A stretch of DNA of 64,000 nt. Source: Candidatus Bathyarchaeota archaeon. Lineage in GTDB: Archaea > Thermoproteota > Bathyarchaeia > Bathyarchaeales > Bathycorpusculaceae. The DNA is taken from NCBI GenBank assembly GCA_963815095.1, contig CAWFFH010000004.1, positions 1-64,000 on the forward strand. The letters are read 5' to 3'. The position numbers were made by a program, and so were the translations under genes. How positions within the stretch are numbered: the first letter of the stretch is position 1; each line of letters starts with the position of its first letter. Shown piece after piece: positions 57,769 to 64,000 of this stretch. The notes under the pieces were generated by a model. It did no database searches. It worked only from the letters and a program-made list of their open reading frames with translations, and was not told where the DNA came from.

Positions 57769-60333
57769 ATGCGAGATATTGATGTTGACTCAGTAACAGG
57801 ACTTTCAAGCGCTGAGGTTTCCCAAAAATTAAAAGAAGATGGCTACAATGAATTGCCCTCTTCCGGAAAACGAACCGTATTCAGCATAGCGTTCAGTGTA
57901 TTAAAAGAACCAATCTTCCTGTTGCTTGTTGCAAGCGGTAGCTTATACTTCATTCTTGGCGACGTCACCGAAGGCATAGTGCTTTTGAGCTTTGTTTTCG
58001 TCATCATCGGCATCACTGTTTACCAAGAACAAAAAACTGAAAATGCATTAGATGCACTAAAGAATCTTTCAAGCCCCAGGGCTCTGGTAATTCGGGATGG
58101 TGTGCAAAAGAGGATTCCTGGACGCGAAGTTGTTTCAGGCGACATAATTATCCTATCTGAGGGCGACCGTGTTCCTGCCGATTGCCTTCTTTTGACCTGC
58201 AACAACCTGATGATTGATGAAGCACTTCTTACTGGCGAGTCAGTTCCAGTGCGTAAGGTTGCTTGGGATGGTGAAGAAAAAACTTACCGAGCAGGCGGCG
58301 ACGATTTGCCTTTTGCCTATTCTGGTACCCTAATAATTCAGGGACAAGCCATTGCCGAGGTCAAGAACACGGGGTCAAAGACTGAAATGGGCAAAATCGG
58401 GGTTGTTTTGCAGAAAGTAGAGCGGGATGAAACTAGGCTAAAGCAAGAGATTAGTCACATAGTGCGAAACAGCGCCATCGTGGGTCTTAGTTTATGTGCC
58501 ATAATAATAGTTGTCTACGGCTTCACACGTCTGGACTGGATAGAAGGTTTCTTAGCAGGTATAACCTTGGCTATGGCAATTTTGCCTGAAGAGTTTCCTG
58601 TTGTCCTAACCATTTTTCTTGCGTTGGGCGCTTGGCGTATGTCTAAGAAAAACGTACTTACCCGACAAGTTCATGCCATAGAGAACCTAGGCGGCGCCAC
58701 AGTTCTCTGCGTAGACAAAACAGGAACATTAACACAGAACAAAATGTCTGTCCACAAACTATTTTCTAATGGTAAATTGTGCGAAATAGAGTCCCATGTA
58801 AAGTTACCACCTGACTTTTGCCATGAACTCGTAGAGTTTAGCGTCTTAGCCTGTAAAGAGGACCCGTTTGACCCAATGGAGAAAGCAATTAAAAGTTTCA
58901 CTGAAGGCGAATTCGCCAAAACTGAGCATGTTCACGATGATTGGCAATTAGTGCAGGAATACCCACTTTCCCAAAAACTGCTTGCAATGTCTAACGTTTG
59001 GATTTCGCCAAGTGGGGACGATTACATAATTGCGGCGAAGGGAGCACCAGAAGCCATAGTTGACCTCTGCCATTTCGATTCCGCTAAAGCAAAAGAGTTG
59101 TCTGTTCACATTCAAGCGATGGCTCAGGAAGGCCTAAGAGTACTCGGAGTAGCGAAGTCATCGTTTAAGAAAACTGATTTGCCGCATGAACAACACGATT
59201 TCGCTTTCAGCTTTCTGGGGCTTATTGGGTTCGCTGATCCCATAAGACAAAATGTCCCAGGCGCCGTTAAAGAATGCTACAGTGCAGGTATTCGTGTAGT
59301 TATGATTACGGGAGATTACCCCTTAACAGCCCAAAACATTGGCCGCCAAATTGGTCTTAGGTCGCCTGAAAACTTCATTACCGGGATAGAACTAGACCAG
59401 ATGTCCGATGAAACTCTGAAAGAACGAATTGGGAATGTTAACATTTTCGCTCGTGTAGTTCCTGAACAGAAACTTCGCATCGTAAATGCTTTCAAAAGTG
59501 CTGGCGAAGTTGTAGCAATGACTGGAGACGGCGTAAACGATGCACCTGCGCTTAAATCGGCAAATATCGGCATAGCCATGGGTGGACGTGGCACTGACGT
59601 TGCGCGCGAATCTGCTTCGATGGTGCTTTTGGATGACGATTTCACATCCATAGTAAGCGGAGTACGGATGGGACGTAGAATATATGATAATCTAAAGAAG
59701 GCAATTGCCTACATCTTCTCAATTCATATTCCTATCGCTGGCATGTCAGTTATTCCTGTGCTGTTTGGGTGGCCACTAATCTTGCTTCCCTTGCACATTG
59801 TCTTTTTAGAATTAATTATTGATCCTGCATGTTCCGTAGTTTTTGAAACTGAAGGAGAAGAAGCCAATATAATGGCTCGTAAACCCCGTAGTATGGATAA
59901 GAAACTTTTCAATAGGGAAGCCGCAATAGTTGCTTTCTTACAGGGTTTTGTTGTTCTGGTTATTGTGGCTCTGATATTCGTAAGTATCATAAATCGAGGA
60001 CTCGGAGAACAAACCGCTCGAACAATGGCTTTCGCAACCATAGTCACCGCGAATCTCGCGTTAATTTTGGCAAACCGCTCATGGGCTCACACAATCATCG
60101 GAACACTCAGAAAGCCCAACAAAGCTTTCTGGTGGATAATAGTAATCGCAATGTCTGCGCTGATATTAGTTATCTATGTTCCCCAGCTTAGTGGGCTCTT
60201 CGCCTTTAGCCCTCTGAACCCGATAAACCTCTTCATCAGCATAGCTGCAGGATTAGCAAGCATAATCTGGTTCGAAATATACAAGGCAGCTAAAATCTTC
60301 AGAAATCGTGAGGACTCAAAAATTTTCAAGTAA
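57769..60333 (+). CDS. Type II cation-transporting P-type ATPase
   Basis: LTGES, PEEF, DKTGT, KGAPE, TGDGVNDAPAL. Confidence 0.95.
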   Translation: MRDIDVDSVTGLSSAEVSQKLKEDGYNELPSSGKRTVFSIAFSVLKEPIFLLLVASGSLYFILGDVTEGIVLLSFVFVIIGITVYQEQKTENALDALKNLSSPRALVIRDGVQKRIPGREVVSGDIIILSEGDRVPADCLLLTCNNLMIDEALLTGESVPVRKVAWDGEEKTYRAGGDDLPFAYSGTLIIQGQAIAEVKNTGSKTEMGKIGVVLQKVERDETRLKQEISHIVRNSAIVGLSLCAIIIVVYGFTRLDWIEGFLAGITLAMAILPEEFPVVLTIFLALGAWRMSKKNVLTRQVHAIENLGGATVLCVDKTGTLTQNKMSVHKLFSNGKLCEIESHVKLPPDFCHELVEFSVLACKEDPFDPMEKAIKSFTEGEFAKTEHVHDDWQLVQEYPLSQKLLAMSNVWISPSGDDYIIAAKGAPEAIVDLCHFDSAKAKELSVHIQAMAQEGLRVLGVAKSSFKKTDLPHEQHDFAFSFLGLIGFADPIRQNVPGAVKECYSAGIRVVMITGDYPLTAQNIGRQIGLRSPENFITGIELDQMSDETLKERIGNVNIFARVVPEQKLRIVNAFKSAGEVVAMTGDGVNDAPALKSANIGIAMGGRGTDVARESASMVLLDDDFTSIVSGVRMGRRIYDNLKKAIAYIFSIHIPIAGMSVIPVLFGWPLILLPLHIVFLELIIDPACSVVFETEGEEANIMARKPRSMDKKLFNREAAIVAFLQGFVVLVIVALIFVSIINRGLGEQTARTMAFATIVTANLALILANRSWAHTIIGTLRKPNKAFWWIIVIAMSALILVIYVPQLSGLFAFSPLNPINLFISIAAGLASIIWFEIYKAAKIFRNREDSKIFK

Positions 60334-60494
60334 AATCTCATTGCAGATTTTTGAAAAAGCTTGTTGGACTAATGTTGTAGGGAAAGTAGCGGGAACCTTA
60401 AACTACAACTTTTGTTAATTTCTAAAATAGACAAGGCAAGAATCAATAAATATAAAATTCTGTAATTGAGCGAGTATGTTGTTTATGTGGCTGT

Positions 60495-60625
60495 AGTCCA
60501 AAAGGAAGAGTTGAGCGGACCAAGCCATACACTAACCAAGACAAGGCCTAAAAATCGGGTGGGCAACGGCCTTTTCTTGGTTAGAAGCCAAATCCGCTCA
60601 ACTTTTGTTGGCTATCCCTTGCATT
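60495..60625 (-). ncRNA. Long-hairpin ncRNA family, copy 4
   Basis: Basal stem GUUGAGCGGAUUUGGC/GCUUGGUCCGCUCAAC (60602-60510), UAUG bulge, 10-bp inner stem, CTTATATTTT promoter near 60650. Confidence 0.75.
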
Positions 60626-60825
60626 CCTACTTAATGGTAAGTCGCCGGAAAATATAAGCCGATGTTGGTTACATCCTGATGTTACAAGTTTGAGAAAAGT
60701 GATTTTTCTGAATATATTTTCCATTATGATCCAAATATACCCGAAAACGAAAGACTAAGGTAACAAGGGTGAGCGAGTGTTTAAAAGAATAATCACCTCA
60801 TCTTAGTTATCTTGGAGATCACTGC

Positions 60826-62100
60826 ATGCCATCTTTCCAACCTGTCCGCGGAATGAGAGACCTAATCGGTGAAGAAGCCCAAACCTTCACATACATTATC
60901 AACAAGGCACGGGAAACCGCCTCCCTTTATGGCTACAAAGAAGTCATAACACCACACGTGGAACCCCTCGAATTGTTGAGTGCTAAGTCAGGCGAGGAAA
61001 TTAGGCAACGCATGTTTATTTTCAAAGACCTTGGCGATCGATTAGTCGCTTTGCGTCCAGAGTTTACTGCCTCAATTGCGCGGTTAGCAACAACTTCGCT
61101 GAAGAACGAGCCTAAGCCGCTCCGCATGTTCTCTGTTGGCACCGTTTACCGATACGATGAACCCCAACGTGGACGTTACCGCGAGTTTTGGCAATCAAAC
61201 TTCGAATTAATGGGCTCAGCCAAACCCGAGGCCGACGCCGAAATTGTTTTGCTTACAAATAATTTTATGAAATCATTGGGTTTGCATAATTACGCCTTCA
61301 AAATTGGCCACATAGGCGTGATTCGAGGAATCCTCAGCCAAGAAGGCGTAGAAGAGAAAACCCAGAATGCCGTTTTGCAACGGATGGATAAAAAAGAGTA
61401 TGATGAGGCGCTCAAACTTCTGGAATCGGAGAAGTGCCGAAGCATGCTGAGAGGATTAATTGAAATCAAGGGTAACGATTGGCTTGACTCGGTCGAGCAA
61501 ATCCAAAAACATGTTGCAAGCTGCGAAAAAGCCAAAGCTGCCGCAGAAAACCTCGCTGAAGTTATAAAACTCATAGTGGAAAGCACAGAGCTATCCATTA
61601 TTGTTGAGCCAGCATTCGCCCGAGGATTAGAATACTACACTGGCATTATTTTTGAAATCTACATTCCTGGATTGGAAATTGCGTTAGGTGGTGGCGGACG
61701 ATACGACAAGCTTATCGAAACCTTCGGCGGAGAACCTACACCAGCAGTTGGTTGCGCCCATGGAATCGACCGTGTTGCAATTGCCTTGCAAACCCAAAAG
61801 ACCCCTCTTACCCCAAAAAAAGAAAAGAAAGTTGCAGTTTTACCCATCACTGAAGCGATGAAGTTGGAAGCGCTCAAGATTTCTCAAGAATTACGTGCAG
61901 CGGGGATTACCGTTGAGTTTGAGGTTATGGGCAGAAAAATGGCGAAAGCCCTTGAAGATGCAGACAAACGCAAAGTAGACTTTGCCGTTATCGTTGGTGA
62001 ACGAGAACTCAAAGAAGGCGCCGTCGTACTCAAGGATTTAACTAAAAGGGAACAAAGCATAATCCCAATCGATAAACTGGTCGAAAAAATTAAAAACTAA
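60826..62100 (+). CDS. hisS: Histidyl-tRNA synthetase
   Basis: RGMRD, LRPEFT, YRYDEPQRGRYREF, RGLEYYTG, GGGRYD. Confidence 0.97.
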   Translation: MPSFQPVRGMRDLIGEEAQTFTYIINKARETASLYGYKEVITPHVEPLELLSAKSGEEIRQRMFIFKDLGDRLVALRPEFTASIARLATTSLKNEPKPLRMFSVGTVYRYDEPQRGRYREFWQSNFELMGSAKPEADAEIVLLTNNFMKSLGLHNYAFKIGHIGVIRGILSQEGVEEKTQNAVLQRMDKKEYDEALKLLESEKCRSMLRGLIEIKGNDWLDSVEQIQKHVASCEKAKAAAENLAEVIKLIVESTELSIIVEPAFARGLEYYTGIIFEIYIPGLEIALGGGGRYDKLIETFGGEPTPAVGCAHGIDRVAIALQTQKTPLTPKKEKKVAVLPITEAMKLEALKISQELRAAGITVEFEVMGRKMAKALEDADKRKVDFAVIVGERELKEGAVVLKDLTKREQSIIPIDKLVEKIKN

Positions 62101-62120
62101 AAAGGAAAAATAGATTGTTG

Positions 62121-62138
62121 AAGCCTCAAAAGAGGCTT
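62121..62138. terminator. Hairpin between convergent hisS and glnA
   Basis: AAGCCTC-AAAA-GAGGCTT. Confidence 0.45.
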
Positions 62139-62145
62139 AATTTCT

Positions 62146-63510
62146 TTAGAGACGTTTAATGTAGCGGTTAACTTCCCACTCGGTAACTTGGGTGCGGTAT
62201 AGATCCCATTCGTTGCGTTTCTCTTTGAGGAAGTTCTCGAATGCGGTTTGACCGAGGGTTTCCTTCATTAAGTCGCTGGTTTCGAATTCGTCGAGGGCTT
62301 CTTTTAGTGACTCTGGCAGTGAAACGATGCCGCGGGCTTTGCGTTCTTCGTAGGTCATATGATAAACGTTTAGTTCTACTGGGTCGCCTGGGTCGATTCT
62401 GTTCTTGATCCCGTCTAAGCCTGTTGCTAAGAGCACAGCGAATTGTAAATATGGGTTGCCTGAACCATCTGGACAGCGGATTTCGCATCTGGCTGCGCCT
62501 TTTCTTCCTCCGAAGTTGGGTACGCGGATGAGTGGACTGCGGTTCTTGTGTGCCCATGCAAGGTAGACAGGTGCTTCGTAGCCCGGTACTAGGCGTTTGT
62601 AGCTGTTAGGCCATGAATCTAGAACTGCTGCCATTTTTCGTCCATGGGCAAGTTGTCCTCCGATGAAGTTTCTGGCTATGTCTGAGAGGAAACCGTTCTT
62701 TTCGTCATCTGAGTAGAACATGTTTTGGGTTATGTCTTTGTTCCATAGGCTTTGGTGAACGTGCATGCCGCTGCCGTTGATGCCTTGGAAGGGTTTAGGC
62801 ATATAGGTGGTCACGTAGCCTGCTCGTGCCGCAACTACTTTCCCGCACATCTTCATGGTTATGGCGCGGTCAGCAGTAACTAGGGCTTCTCCATATTTGA
62901 AGTCAATTTCGTTTTGTCCCAACGCGACTTCGTGGTGGCTGAGCTCGATTTCTATGCCAAAAGCTTCTGCCGTATCGGCAATTTCTCGTCGTAAATCATC
63001 GGTTAAGTCGCTAGGGTGGAAATCGAAATAGCCTGCTAAGTCAATGGGAGTTGGTAAGCCACCAGTTTCGCTCTCTTTCACTATGAAGAATTCTAGTTCA
63101 GGAGCACAAATGAAAGTGTAACCTGCTTTTGCGGCTTTTTCTACGGTGCGTTCAAGGACGTAGCGTGGATCGCCTTCGAAGCGTTTGTTCTGTGGAGTGT
63201 ATATGTCGCAGAGGAGTCTGCAGGATGATTTCTCTTTTGGTCTCCAAGGTAGAATTGCAAAGGTAGTTGGATCTGGGAAGAGAACCATGTCGGATTCTTC
63301 GATTGGCCTGTAACCTGTGATTGAGGATCCGTCAAAGGATTGGCCGTTTTCAAAGATGCTTTCCATGTTTTTGGAGCTGACAGCAATGTTTTTCAGCATG
63401 CCGTTTATGTCGGTGAATTGTAGTCTAACGAATTTTATTTCTTGCTCTTGAATTTGTTGGATAACTTTGGATACTGCTTCTTTCCACGCGGGGTTTTTGA
63501 AATTTTTCAT
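62146..63510 (-). CDS. glnA: Glutamine synthetase type I
   Basis: FDGSSI, PELEFF, HHEVA.GQ.EI, NGSGMHVHQS, YKRLVPGYEAP, NRSPLIRVP. Confidence 0.97.
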   Translation of the reverse strand: MKNFKNPAWKEAVSKVIQQIQEQEIKFVRLQFTDINGMLKNIAVSSKNMESIFENGQSFDGSSITGYRPIEESDMVLFPDPTTFAILPWRPKEKSSCRLLCDIYTPQNKRFEGDPRYVLERTVEKAAKAGYTFICAPELEFFIVKESETGGLPTPIDLAGYFDFHPSDLTDDLRREIADTAEAFGIEIELSHHEVALGQNEIDFKYGEALVTADRAITMKMCGKVVAARAGYVTTYMPKPFQGINGSGMHVHQSLWNKDITQNMFYSDDEKNGFLSDIARNFIGGQLAHGRKMAAVLDSWPNSYKRLVPGYEAPVYLAWAHKNRSPLIRVPNFGGRKGAARCEIRCPDGSGNPYLQFAVLLATGLDGIKNRIDPGDPVELNVYHMTYEERKARGIVSLPESLKEALDEFETSDLMKETLGQTAFENFLKEKRNEWDLYRTQVTEWEVNRYIKRL

Positions 63511-63730
63511 TTTTTCTTATTCTCCTTGTGAGGCTTGGCTTTAGTCTCCATATGTTATGGAAATCAGATTAAACGTAAACATATATAAATTTATCGCTTT
63601 GAAATTATAGATAAATGTTCATTAATTATGCAAATCAATGAAATAATGTGCAACAAACACTTGCATTATGCACTGCAAAAAAATGTTGAAAAAAACCATT
63701 TAACTAGTCAAATAACCAAAAATTCAACCA

Positions 63731-64000
63731 TTATCGCTCTCTTCGCAGGAAATCACCAATATCCAATACGTTTTTAACCACAATTTTATTACCAACAACG
63801 GAATCGCGCAGGTTTTCAACAATTCTGCCGAAACCTAAACATTCGCCAAATTCATTGAACACCAACGTATTAGTCTCCTTCCTGCCTGGGCCTTGAACAC
63901 GCACAATGCTTTTCCTCAAAACATCCCTGCCACAAATAAAAAGCCACGCAGCCTTCTTATCCAATATGACTCGATAAGCTTCTTTTTTAGCAAGCATTCC
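63731..64000 (-). CDS. PUA-domain protein (NIP7-like), 5' end outside the window
   Basis: AAWLFICGRDV...LGFG...DIGDFLRRER. Confidence 0.75.
   Translation of the reverse strand, partial: GMLAKKEAYRVILDKKAAWLFICGRDVLRKSIVRVQGPGRKETNTLVFNEFGECLGFGRIVENLRDSVVGNKIVVKNVLDIGDFLRRER

Noticed and set aside
63511-63730. NrpR operator upstream of glnA
   Set aside because: No GGAA-N6-TTCC found; scattered TGCA words are too weak to call

Overview
Archaeal genomic window. The gene style (PEF-CTERM-type surface proteins, Nre, PolB2 operon, archaeal HisS/GlnA) suggests Bathyarchaeia; this is an inference. Positions 1 to ~45.5 kb look like one large integrated region that ends at two tandem tRNA-3'-end att remnants just after a tyrosine integrase. 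It is a mosaic of: (i) an array of secreted or membrane-anchored surface-protein genes separated by two families of palindromic motifs; (ii) an IS110 element whose upstream non-coding end folds into a bridge-RNA-like structure with loops matching its own target and donor sites; (iii) a PolB2/RadA-like/ligase repair module; (iv) a Pepco-like / metallopeptidase / HTH / COMM-domain locus; (v) a fragmented tailed-virus provirus with tail genes, a -1 frameshift chaperone, a very short tape measure and an RHH switch with four 17-bp operators, but no visible capsid, portal or terminase. From 45.6 to 64 kb the genes are ordinary housekeeping ones (TMEM175, SPFH, Nudix, metal ABC transporter, Nre, tRNA-Asp, P-type ATPase, hisS, glnA). 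An unannotated family of promoter-bearing, covarying long-hairpin ncRNAs occurs four times (15.6, 21.3, 28.0, 60.5 kb). Many genes in the island carry single-base frameshifts, which could be decay or long-read errors. All family assignments come from recognising motifs by eye; no searches were run.
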